Below, in pieces: positions 10,759 through 19,392 of a stretch of 64,000 nt of DNA (positions within the stretch are counted from its first letter, which is position 1; every line of letters starts with the position of its first letter). The stretch is from Paludibacteraceae bacterium (GTDB taxonomy: Bacteria > Bacteroidota > Bacteroidia > Bacteroidales > Paludibacteraceae), in NCBI GenBank assembly GCA_024401645.1, contig JAKSKR010000003.1, positions 11,064-75,063 on the forward strand, in the 5' to 3' direction. Both the position numbers and the translations under genes were made by a program. The notes beneath the pieces are model-generated. The model made no database searches and was not told the origin of the DNA. It saw only the letters and a program-made list of their open reading frames with translations.

Positions 10759-11808
10759 TTGGATCTCGAAAGGTTAAGAAAATACTCCGTCTTAAATAGT
10801 TTCTTGCTATCGCCCGATTTCTCGGAAGGTAGTATTAGAGAATACCTAGGGGATGATACCAAATTCAAGGTTTTGAATTCGGTAGGGGATGCTTTTTCTT
10901 TAGCTTTGCAGTTCTGTAATGTGGCTGAAGGCGATTTTGTTCTTACGCAGGCTATCGGGGCTAAAATGGCCCTTGATTCGATCATAAAATTGGGTGCTTC
11001 GCCTATTCTTATCGATAGTGAAGCTGCTAACTGGAATATATCTGCGATGATGATTGAGGTGGCAATCAATCAGTGTGTGCTGACAAAGGGCTGCCGACCT
11101 AAAGCCATCGTTGTAAAACATTATATGGGCGTGCCTGCCTTTATGGATGAGGTGGTGGCTGTTGCAAAGCGACACCATATCCCCCTTATAGAAGACTGTA
11201 TAGGTTCAATGGGCGCATCTTTTAATGGTAAGGCCTGCGGTACTTTCGGACAATATGCCATCTTCTCCATTCGAGGCTCGAAAATGAACAAGTCAGGTCT
11301 TGGACTGTTGGTTCACTCTGTTCCCCGATTCGACGATCTTCTTCAAAAACTTGTTGAACGTGATGGCCTCGGATACAGAGGAGATTTAGATGGAACCTTC
11401 TCTCTCTCGGAGTTTCGTCGAGAATTGAGTCTTAGAAAGCGTGTCTTCGACATTTATACGTCTGCATTTAGCGATATAGAAGGTGTAAATTTCTATAAAT
11501 GCCTGGTGCCTAACGTTCAGCCAAATCATGCTTACTCACCATTGGTGGTGCAAGAAAGGCTATTCCCGCACAAACGTGACGAGGTTGTTCAGGCAATAGC
11601 CGATGCTGGCTTTGAAGATTGTTGCGCCTTCCCGCCGTCTCTACATACCGTAGATCCATATAAAAATTTTCCCTTCTATGGCTGTATGGTAGGGTCGGAT
11701 ATTTGCACCAATGGCTTGATTCTTCCATCTAATTCGTCGTTATCAATTTCTGATATTGATAAGATTGTGGGAGCCGTCTTTAAGACATTGGGTATAAAAC
11801 GAAAATGA
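10759..11808 (+). CDS. DegT/DnrJ/EryC1/StrS-like aminotransferase homologue (divergent, non-ATG start)
   Basis: LIEDCIGSMGASFNGKACGTFGQYAIFSIRGSKMNKSGLGLLV resembles the DegT block iEDaAqalGa...G.....fSF...K....GeGG. The only in-frame start upstream of that block is TTG 10759; the first ATG is 70 codons in. Confidence 0.55.
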   Translation: MDLERLRKYSVLNSFLLSPDFSEGSIREYLGDDTKFKVLNSVGDAFSLALQFCNVAEGDFVLTQAIGAKMALDSIIKLGASPILIDSEAANWNISAMMIEVAINQCVLTKGCRPKAIVVKHYMGVPAFMDEVVAVAKRHHIPLIEDCIGSMGASFNGKACGTFGQYAIFSIRGSKMNKSGLGLLVHSVPRFDDLLQKLVERDGLGYRGDLDGTFSLSEFRRELSLRKRVFDIYTSAFSDIEGVNFYKCLVPNVQPNHAYSPLVVQERLFPHKRDEVVQAIADAGFEDCCAFPPSLHTVDPYKNFPFYGCMVGSDICTNGLILPSNSSLSISDIDKIVGAVFKTLGIKRK

Positions 11809-11914
11809 ACAGATTGTGTTCCCAGCCCTTCTAAATGGCGGACTGACGTCGATTTTATTTGGGCTCTTGTGTTTTTAATATTAACTTTGTAGGTAAATTC
11901 CATTTCAAGTGATA

Positions 11915-12718
11915 ATGAAAAAATTATTGTTCTTATTTTCGGTATGTGCATTGCTCTCTTCTTGTAATGCTCGTAAAAACATTGTGTATTTGCAAGATAA
12001 CAAGATAGAACAAATACAGGCTATTGCTAATGCTAATAAGATTAAGGTTCAGCCAGGTGATCAGTTGCAAATTATAGTTTCATGTAAAGATCCTGAATTG
12101 GCTGCCATCTTGAATATGCCAATTGTGTCTTTTCATTCGCAGACGTCTACAGTCAACACATCTAATAGTGTTGTCACTTATGTGGTGAATGACGATGGAA
12201 CAATCGATTTCCCTATCCTTGGCTCAATTCCAGTCGAAGGTCTTACTCGTGAAGAAGTAAGAACAACCATTGCTAATAAGATTAAGGAACTTGAGCTGAT
12301 TCAAGATTTCGTGGTTACGGTCAATTTCTCAAATTTGAAGATTTATGTATTAGGCGAAGTTAGTGCTCCTGGTACATATACTATCACTGATAACAATGTT
12401 AACGTACTTCAGGCGATTGCAATGGCAAAAGATTTGACTATACATGGTCGTCGTGACGAGGTTTACGTTGTTCGTGAACAGGAAAACAATAGAGTTACTT
12501 ATCGTTTAGATTTACGTTCTGATAGTATTTTCCAATCGCCTGCTTTCTATTTGAAGCAGAACGATGTCGTTTATGTCGCTCCAAGCAAGGTACGTGCTAA
12601 CCAGAGTACAGTGGGTGGTAATGCAGTGCAGAATCCATCGTTTTGGTTGAGCGTTACTTCTTGTTTGACTTCAGTGGCTACATTCTCGTTAGCAATGTAT
12701 AGATATCGCCACGATTAA
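11915..12718 (+). CDS. Polysaccharide export outer-membrane protein (Wza/BexD family, Poly_export + SLBB)
   Basis: Lipoprotein signal (LLSSC), ...IKVQPGDQLQIIVS...DGTIDFPILGSIPVEGLT.EE...I and the SLBB-like IYVLGEVSAPGTYTI. Confidence 0.85.
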   Translation: MKKLLFLFSVCALLSSCNARKNIVYLQDNKIEQIQAIANANKIKVQPGDQLQIIVSCKDPELAAILNMPIVSFHSQTSTVNTSNSVVTYVVNDDGTIDFPILGSIPVEGLTREEVRTTIANKIKELELIQDFVVTVNFSNLKIYVLGEVSAPGTYTITDNNVNVLQAIAMAKDLTIHGRRDEVYVVREQENNRVTYRLDLRSDSIFQSPAFYLKQNDVVYVAPSKVRANQSTVGGNAVQNPSFWLSVTSCLTSVATFSLAMYRYRHD

Positions 12719-12747
12719 TCATTCATATAACACTTTCAATATTAAAT

Positions 12748-15204
12748 ATGTTCGAGGAGAACAACAAATACATGTCTGCCATCCAGAAAGACGAAGAGGA
12801 AGATGGCATTAACTGGAGAAGTATAATTGATATTATCATTAATAACAAGTTATGGATAATTTTATCCATGGCTTGTTTTTTGGTGTTGGCATTACTTTAC
12901 TTAAGGCATACCCCCAAGATATACTCTAGTTCTACTACCTTCATTGTAAAGGACGATAGAAAAGGACGAGGAACTGGTGGCATTTCTTCTGAACTTTCTG
13001 ATTTGGGTATCATGACGACAAAGTCGAGTGTCGATGACGAAATTGAGGCGTTTAAGTCTCCATATCTTATGTATATGGTGGTTAAGCAACTTGGTTTAGA
13101 TATAACTTATACCGACAAGCAATTTCTTAAAAAGGTAGAGTTGTATAATAAAACCCCATTAAAGGCTCATTTCTCTAGTTTAAAGGATGAAGACGTTTTT
13201 AAGTTTAATGTCAATATGAAGGGTGCTGATGCCTTTTTATTGTCAGATTTTGAGGTAGTTGATAAATTACTTGGAAAGTTAGTTGTATGTGATACTATCA
13301 TCGAAGCTCGTCCTAATCAAGTAGTCAATACACCAGTAGGGCCGGTTAGTATTAATTACACGTCTGAATTTAAACCGAAACAGCTTGGAGACGACATTTT
13401 GATTACCAAGTCCGATTCTTATAAGATGGCAAAATTGTTGTCTTCAAATTTGATGGCCGATTTGGTTTCAAAAAAGGCCACTGTAATTTCTATGGTATAC
13501 CGAGATTTGTCGACAGATAAAGCTACTGATGTCCTGAATAATCTGCTTGAAATATATACCCGCGAGGCTATAGATGATAAAAGACAAACAGCTGAAATTA
13601 CATCTAAGTTTATTGATGGTCGTCTTATGATCATTGAACAGGAACTTGGAGGCATTGATAATGATATTGAACGTTATAAAAGTCATGAACTTCTAACAAA
13701 TGTTCAAGTTGCGGGAAACTCTTATATGGGAGAGTCTTCTGCTTATTCTTCACGTACACTCGATGCAATGAACCAATTAAATATTGCAAAGTTTGTGAAA
13801 GAATGCTTGGCATCTTCGGTTTCTTCTAAACCGACCATGTTACCTGCAAATGCTGGCTTGACTGATCCTAGTGTTAGTAGCCTCATAACCGAATATAATT
13901 CCAATGTTTTGAAGTACGAACGATTGTTGGTTAACAGTGGTGAGAAGAATCCATTAGTCATCGATTTGAAGGTTCAAATCGATGCAATGCGTGTTTCTAT
14001 TGAAAACTCTCTTGATAATCTTATAAAAACAACAACTATGACTGTTGAAACTTTGAAGGCTAAAGAATCTCAAATTCAACAGAAAATTGCCACAAATCCA
14101 AAACAGGAAAAATATTTGTTGTCCATTGGCCGTCAACAGAAAATTAAGGAAAGCCTTTATCTTTACTTATTACAGAAGCGTGAAGAAAATGAGCTTTCTG
14201 GTAATCTAATGGTCAGCAACATTCGTATGTTGACTCCACCTCGTGCTGAAGATAAGCCTGTAGGCCCCCAAAAGATGCGCATTCTAGCTATATGTTTATT
14301 CTTGGGTTTCTTGCTACCGGTTATTTTTATATTGATTCGCGATTTAATGGATGGTACAGTTCGTGGCAAGAAAGACCTAGCTGTTCTTTCTATTCCATAC
14401 TTGGGAGATATACCTCTTTGTGGAAAAATTGAAGATAAGTCCAAACACCCTCTTCCTGTACGTATAGTTGTTGAAGATAAGAAACGCGATGGCTCTAACG
14501 AAGCGTTTCGTGTGCTTCGTTCTAACTTAAACTTTATGACTGCTAACTTGAGTGGGCGTGTCATGATGTTTACTTCTTATTTCCCTAACTCTGGTAAAAC
14601 GTTTGTATCAGCTAACTTGGCACTAGGTATTGCGTTAACGGGTAAGAAGGTTGTGCTGATTGATGCCGATATGCGTAAGGCTGAATTGAGTAAACAGTTG
14701 GCAAATAAACGTCAAGGTTTATCAACATATCTTAATGGGCAATCTAACGATTTAAAGTCGTTGATTGTTAAGTCTTCATTAAACGACAATCTTGATATCT
14801 TACCTTGTGGTGCAATGCCTCCTAATCCTTCCGAGCTTTTACTTACTGATAAGCTCGAAATTATGATTGAGGAACTTAAGAAGATGTACGATTATATTTT
14901 CATCGATTGTACTCCACTAAATATTGTTGCCGATGCATCTATCGTGGGTAAGAAGGCTGACTTGGTGATTTTCGTCATTCGCCAGGGTAAGTTTATTCGC
15001 CAAGCATTGCCTGAACTTGAATCGTTGTATAAGAGCAATACATTCAAGAGTATGGCTACCATACTTAATGGAACTTACGATAGTAAATCACATAGTTATG
15101 GTGGATATGGCTCGTATGGTCGCTATGGTTCTTATGGTGGTTACGGCTCATACGGAGGCTATGGTTCTTATGGTTATGGCTCTTCATCTGCTGATGAAGA
15201 ATAA
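12748..15204 (+). CDS. Capsule/EPS chain-length determinant with tyrosine autokinase (Wzc/BY-kinase family)
   Basis: 818 aa. Wzz-like N-terminus with a TM segment, long coiled coil, second TM segment, Walker A-like SYFPNSGKTFVSANLA, VVLIDADMRK, and a C-terminal Tyr cluster. Confidence 0.85.
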   Translation: MFEENNKYMSAIQKDEEEDGINWRSIIDIIINNKLWIILSMACFLVLALLYLRHTPKIYSSSTTFIVKDDRKGRGTGGISSELSDLGIMTTKSSVDDEIEAFKSPYLMYMVVKQLGLDITYTDKQFLKKVELYNKTPLKAHFSSLKDEDVFKFNVNMKGADAFLLSDFEVVDKLLGKLVVCDTIIEARPNQVVNTPVGPVSINYTSEFKPKQLGDDILITKSDSYKMAKLLSSNLMADLVSKKATVISMVYRDLSTDKATDVLNNLLEIYTREAIDDKRQTAEITSKFIDGRLMIIEQELGGIDNDIERYKSHELLTNVQVAGNSYMGESSAYSSRTLDAMNQLNIAKFVKECLASSVSSKPTMLPANAGLTDPSVSSLITEYNSNVLKYERLLVNSGEKNPLVIDLKVQIDAMRVSIENSLDNLIKTTTMTVETLKAKESQIQQKIATNPKQEKYLLSIGRQQKIKESLYLYLLQKREENELSGNLMVSNIRMLTPPRAEDKPVGPQKMRILAICLFLGFLLPVIFILIRDLMDGTVRGKKDLAVLSIPYLGDIPLCGKIEDKSKHPLPVRIVVEDKKRDGSNEAFRVLRSNLNFMTANLSGRVMMFTSYFPNSGKTFVSANLALGIALTGKKVVLIDADMRKAELSKQLANKRQGLSTYLNGQSNDLKSLIVKSSLNDNLDILPCGAMPPNPSELLLTDKLEIMIEELKKMYDYIFIDCTPLNIVADASIVGKKADLVIFVIRQGKFIRQALPELESLYKSNTFKSMATILNGTYDSKSHSYGGYGSYGRYGSYGGYGSYGGYGSYGYGSSSADEE
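15097..15180 (+). repeat. Short tandem coding repeat (TATGG[YN]-rich) encoding (G-Y-G-S-Y)n at the Wzc C-terminus
   Basis: The translation reads YGGYGSYGRYGSYGGYGSYGGYGSYGYG. The DNA shows reiterated tatggt/tacggc units. Confidence 0.8.
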
Positions 15205-15240
15205 CAAATGAAAAGGTTAAAAGTCTAAATTAAATAATCA

Positions 15241-16116
15241 ATGAAAGGTATTATATTAGCTGGAGGTAGCGCTACACGCTTGTATCCTCTTTCTAAGTCA
15301 ATTTCAAAGCAGATAATGCCGGTTTATGATAAACCGATGATTTATTATCCGCTTTCCACTTTGATGTTAGCTGGTATTCGTGAAGTGTTGATTATTTCTA
15401 CACCGCGCGATTTGCCTATGTTTGAAAGTCTATTGGGTGATGGCTCGCAGTTGGGTATGCGTCTTGAATATATCGTTCAAGAACGTCCCGATGGTTTGGC
15501 GCAAGCCTTTATTTTAGGAGCTGATTTCTTAAACGGAGATGCAGGTTGCCTTATCTTGGGGGACAACATGTTCTATGGACAAAATTTCTCTGCAATGCTT
15601 AAACGTGCTGCTTCTCGCGAAGTTGGTGCTTCTATTTTCGGTTACTATGTAAAGGATCCGAAAGCTTATGGCGTTGTTGAGTTTGATGCAAATGGTAAGG
15701 TTGTATCGCTCGAAGAGAAACCGGCAGTTCCTAAGTCTAATTATGCAGTTCCTGGACTTTATTTCTACGATAAGACCGTTTGTGAGAAAGCTGCTTCATT
15801 AAAGCCTTCTCCTCGCGGCGAATTGGAAATTACTGACTTGAACAAGTTGTATCTACAGGAAGGTAACCTGCATGTTGAGTTGTTTGGCCGTGGTTTTGCT
15901 TGGCTAGATACTGGTAATTGCGATTCTTTGCTCGAAGCTGGTAATTTCGTTGCTACCATTCAAAAGCGCCAGGGGTTCTACGTGGCTTGTATTGAAGAAA
16001 TTGCTTGGCGAAATGGTTGGATTGATGATGCTACTTTGCGTAAGCATGGTAACGATTTGCAGAAAACACTTTACGGACAATACATTCTTTCATTGCTTGA
16101 AATGGAAGGAAAATAA
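15241..16116 (+). CDS. rfbA: Glucose-1-phosphate thymidylyltransferase
   Basis: [39 protein letters not shown]..., a canonical RmlA N-terminus. 291 aa. Confidence 0.95.
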   Translation: MKGIILAGGSATRLYPLSKSISKQIMPVYDKPMIYYPLSTLMLAGIREVLIISTPRDLPMFESLLGDGSQLGMRLEYIVQERPDGLAQAFILGADFLNGDAGCLILGDNMFYGQNFSAMLKRAASREVGASIFGYYVKDPKAYGVVEFDANGKVVSLEEKPAVPKSNYAVPGLYFYDKTVCEKAASLKPSPRGELEITDLNKLYLQEGNLHVELFGRGFAWLDTGNCDSLLEAGNFVATIQKRQGFYVACIEEIAWRNGWIDDATLRKHGNDLQKTLYGQYILSLLEMEGK

Positions 16117-16127
16117 GATATCAGAAT

Positions 16128-16679
16128 ATGGAATTTGTTGAACAGAAAATCAAAGGTGTTTGGGTAATCGAACCGAAAGTGTTTGGCGACGCCCGTGGTT
16201 ATTTCTTTGAATCTTTCCGTCAGGAAGAGTTTGATAAGCACATAGGACACCATGTTGAGTTTATTCAAGATAACGAATCGAAGTCATCTTATGGTGTACT
16301 TCGTGGTTTACACTACCAGAAGGGCGAGTTTTCTCAAGCAAAGTTGGTTCGTGTAGTTAAGGGTTGCGTTTTAGACGTTGCTGTCGATATTCGTAAGTCT
16401 TCACCTACTTTTGGCCAGTATGTCGCCGTAGAATTGTCAGAAGAGAACAAGAAACAGTTGTTCATTCCACGTGGTTTCGCACATGGCTTTGTTGTCAAGA
16501 GTCCTGAAGCTATTTTCTGCTATAAGGTAGACAATGCTTATGCGCCACAAGCTGAAGCTGGTATTGTTTTCAACGATCCAACTATCAATGTAGAGTGGGG
16601 TGTTCCTGAAAAGGATGTACTTCTTTCTGCAAAAGACACCGTGTCACCTAAATTGTTGGATGCTGAGGTATTTGAATAA
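16128..16679 (+). CDS. rfbC: dTDP-4-dehydrorhamnose 3,5-epimerase
   Basis: 183 aa with DARGYFFESF...RGLHYQ...AKLVRVVKGCVLDVAVDIR...PRGFAHGF. Confidence 0.95.
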   Translation: MEFVEQKIKGVWVIEPKVFGDARGYFFESFRQEEFDKHIGHHVEFIQDNESKSSYGVLRGLHYQKGEFSQAKLVRVVKGCVLDVAVDIRKSSPTFGQYVAVELSEENKKQLFIPRGFAHGFVVKSPEAIFCYKVDNAYAPQAEAGIVFNDPTINVEWGVPEKDVLLSAKDTVSPKLLDAEVFE

Positions 16680-16707
16680 TCCTTACGTTTATTTTTTTGA
16701 TTTAAAG

Positions 16708-17571
16708 ATGAATATTCTTGTGACTGGTGCAAATGGTCAACTCGGCAATGAAATGCGCCGTGTGTCCGTTAAAAGCGCCAATAACTATATCTTTACTGAT
16801 GTGGCTGAACTTGACATCACAAATGCTGATGCTGTTTTGGCTATGGTAAAGGAAAATAAGGTCAATGTCATTGTCAACTGTGCTGCATATACTAATGTGG
16901 ATAAGGCTGAAGATGATGTTGAATTTGCTGACCTGCTAAACAATAAGGCTGCCGAAAACCTTGCTGTTGCGGCAAAGGCTGTAGATGCAACCTTAATTCA
17001 CGTTTCTACCGACTACGTTTTTCAGGGCGATAAATGTACTCCATGTCAAGAAGATTGGGAAACCGCACCTAATGGCGTTTATGGTAAAACTAAGTTGGCT
17101 GGAGAATTGAGTATTGCTGCCACTGGTTGTAAATTCCTAATCTTCCGTACTGCTTGGTTATACTCTCCATTCGGGAAGAATTTTGTTAAGACCATGCAGA
17201 AGTTAACTGCCGACAAGGATAGCCTAAAGGTTGTGTTCGACCAGGTTGGTACTCCTACCTATGCTGGCGATTTGGCAGCTGTAATTTACAAGGTCATCGA
17301 AGAAAACATGCTCCATAAGCAGGGTATTTACCACTTCAGTAACGAAGGCGTTATATCTTGGTACGATTTCGCAAAGGAAATCTGTGAAATGAGTGGTAAC
17401 ACTTGCGATATTCAACCTTGCCATAGCGACGAGTTCCCTTCTAAGGTTAAGCGCCCTCATTTTTCTGTTCTCGACAAGACCAAGGTTAAGAACACATTTG
17501 GTATAACTGTTCCTTATTGGAAAGATTCTTTGAAGAAGTGTATTGAAGAATTGAAGTCAATGCCTTCTTAA
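16708..17571 (+). CDS. rfbD: dTDP-4-dehydrorhamnose reductase
   Basis: MNILVTGANGQLG...NCAAYTNVDKAE...STDYVFQG...YGKTKLAGE. I place the start at ATG 16708; the track ORF is extended upstream into rfbC. Confidence 0.93.
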   Translation: MNILVTGANGQLGNEMRRVSVKSANNYIFTDVAELDITNADAVLAMVKENKVNVIVNCAAYTNVDKAEDDVEFADLLNNKAAENLAVAAKAVDATLIHVSTDYVFQGDKCTPCQEDWETAPNGVYGKTKLAGELSIAATGCKFLIFRTAWLYSPFGKNFVKTMQKLTADKDSLKVVFDQVGTPTYAGDLAAVIYKVIEENMLHKQGIYHFSNEGVISWYDFAKEICEMSGNTCDIQPCHSDEFPSKVKRPHFSVLDKTKVKNTFGITVPYWKDSLKKCIEELKSMPS

Positions 17572-17591
17572 AAGTTATATTGTCAAAAGAG

Positions 17592-17635
17592 AAATCCCCA
17601 CCCTCAATGAAAAAAGAGGGTGGGGATTTTTCTTT
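17592..17635. terminator. Rho-independent terminator hairpin, usable in both directions
   Basis: aaatccccaccctc (17592-17605) pairs with gagggtggggattt (17616-17629) and is followed by a T-run. It lies between convergent rfbD (+) and the 17670..18539 gene (-). Confidence 0.8.
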
Positions 17636-17669
17636 TGTTATAAGCGACTTCTGGGTCAGCTATGTCTGT

Positions 17670-18539
17670 TTAGTAACCAATGTTTACGCTCTTGTTGTAG
17701 ATGCCAAGTTTGCAACTCTTAGCTGCAGAAAGGCCTGGGGTTAACAATACTTTGTTTACAACTCTCAAGTCAAATGGTTCTGGGTATGCCAATAAGAGTA
17801 AGTGGTCGGTACCAACTGGTTCTGAAAATGCAATTGGGTAATCTTTCAAGTCAATTGTACTCTTTGCAGGAATTAGCAAGTGACTTAAAGTCATACCTTC
17901 GTCAACAGGCATGCAGTCGTAAAGTTCGCCTTCGGCGTTTACGTCAATAATGTTCACGTATAGGTCAACCTCGCTGTTGTTGGTAATGCGGAAGTATGCT
18001 TCCTTACCAATAAACACCTTTGAAAGGGTAGTGTCTGCGTTTCGGTCAATAACGTCGAAGCGTACATTGTAGTCGCTGGTGCCGTTGCTGATTTTAACGA
18101 GTGAGTTGTTAGCTTGTTTGAAGGCGATGGTTCTTGCCATGTCGTTTTCTATGGCGGCACCACGATAGCTACAACCTCCTGCGTTATGGCTAACGGTGCT
18201 ACTGCTACCGTTGAATAACGAACCAACCATGTGGTCGAAATACTTACCAGATGCTGAATTCTGGTTGCTTCTAATGTCACCTATCAAGTCTCCTACTTTT
18301 TGGGCTTCGCCTTGCTTTAGGGCATACACTTTACTGCTTCCCTTGTCAAGAATGCTTAATGCTGAATTCTTGCCAACTCTAACCACGTCAGTTTCTTTCA
18401 GCGTTTCGCGGCGGGTTAGGGCTTTCCAGTTACTTCCGTCCAGTTTTTCTGCACTACCGGTAACGTTATATACTATAAGGTTCTGTGCACCTGCCATCTC
18501 ACAGAGGCAGAGGAGTGCTGCTATAATCCACTTTTTCAT
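17670..18539 (-). CDS. Hypothetical secreted protein (FecR-like N-terminus and DUF4384-like C-terminus suspected)
   Basis: Signal peptide MKKWIIAALLCLCEMAGAQ. The C-terminal FIGKEAYFRITNNSEVDLYVNIIDVNAEGELYDCMP resembles the DUF4384 pattern. The domain calls are tentative. Confidence 0.55.
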   Translation of the reverse strand: MKKWIIAALLCLCEMAGAQNLIVYNVTGSAEKLDGSNWKALTRRETLKETDVVRVGKNSALSILDKGSSKVYALKQGEAQKVGDLIGDIRSNQNSASGKYFDHMVGSLFNGSSSTVSHNAGGCSYRGAAIENDMARTIAFKQANNSLVKISNGTSDYNVRFDVIDRNADTTLSKVFIGKEAYFRITNNSEVDLYVNIIDVNAEGELYDCMPVDEGMTLSHLLIPAKSTIDLKDYPIAFSEPVGTDHLLLLAYPEPFDLRVVNKVLLTPGLSAAKSCKLGIYNKSVNIGY

Positions 18540-18627
18540 ATGCAGTTGTTTTTAGTTCTATTAATAATCTTGGCATTAAGTTATGCAAAAAAAATTAAAC
18601 CTCTACATGTTGCAAGGTTGCAGTTGT

Positions 18628-19353
18628 TTAGGTCGTTTTCGCATTCACTTTACCCATCTCTGGTCTTTCGCCCTTTCGGTAGTAGTACACAATGCCATAT
18701 TCGCAGCAATGTCTTAATTTTTCTTCTTCTGGCAAATCGGCAAAATGTTTTTCTATCTCGTTCCAGATTTCCAATAATAGGTCGTCTACTATGCTGTTCA
18801 TTTCTGCAATGCCTTTCGACGTTCTGCTGGTGTTTTCTTGCAGTACGCGGTGGTTGCTATATTTATCCATAAACTGGTCGAAGTAGACGCATACTTTTGT
18901 GATTGGTGGATTGTAGATAGGAACGCCACCTTGAAGCTTACGTTGCTTTTCTCCTTCAATCACTTTTTTGCCCCAAATTGAAAGATTTTCGTCGCTGGCA
19001 ATATCTGGAACGCTGAAATTTTCAGGGTCAAGTCCGTATAGAGTTTTTGTTTCTGCCTTAATCTCGCCACGTTGTACGCACATGTTAAGCACTTGAATAA
19101 AGTGCGAGACATACATGCGGGCCATACGTGCTTCCTCGCTGCATCCACGGCTATTCTCCGATTGGCGAGAACGGCTCTGCTCATACTCGGTCACCTTCCT
19201 GTTGTAGCTAGGCAGCAAAAGACTGGCTTGCTCTAACAGCTGGTACGGAAAGGCTAGGGCATAAGCATCGTCATATTTTCGTCCAACCGATACGACGTCG
19301 GATAGCGCTCTTAATCGTGCTCGGTTGGTGTTTGGTAATCTTCTGTAAGGCAT
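18628..19353 (-). CDS. Hypothetical protein, no recognisable domain
   Basis: 241-aa ORF, same strand as its neighbours, with normal composition (MPYRRLPNTNRARLRAL...). Confidence 0.5.
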   Translation of the reverse strand: MPYRRLPNTNRARLRALSDVVSVGRKYDDAYALAFPYQLLEQASLLLPSYNRKVTEYEQSRSRQSENSRGCSEEARMARMYVSHFIQVLNMCVQRGEIKAETKTLYGLDPENFSVPDIASDENLSIWGKKVIEGEKQRKLQGGVPIYNPPITKVCVYFDQFMDKYSNHRVLQENTSRTSKGIAEMNSIVDDLLLEIWNEIEKHFADLPEEEKLRHCCEYGIVYYYRKGERPEMGKVNAKTT

Positions 19354-19392
19354 TACTTTTTCTAATTATGAGAAACAACTATTGACCAATGG

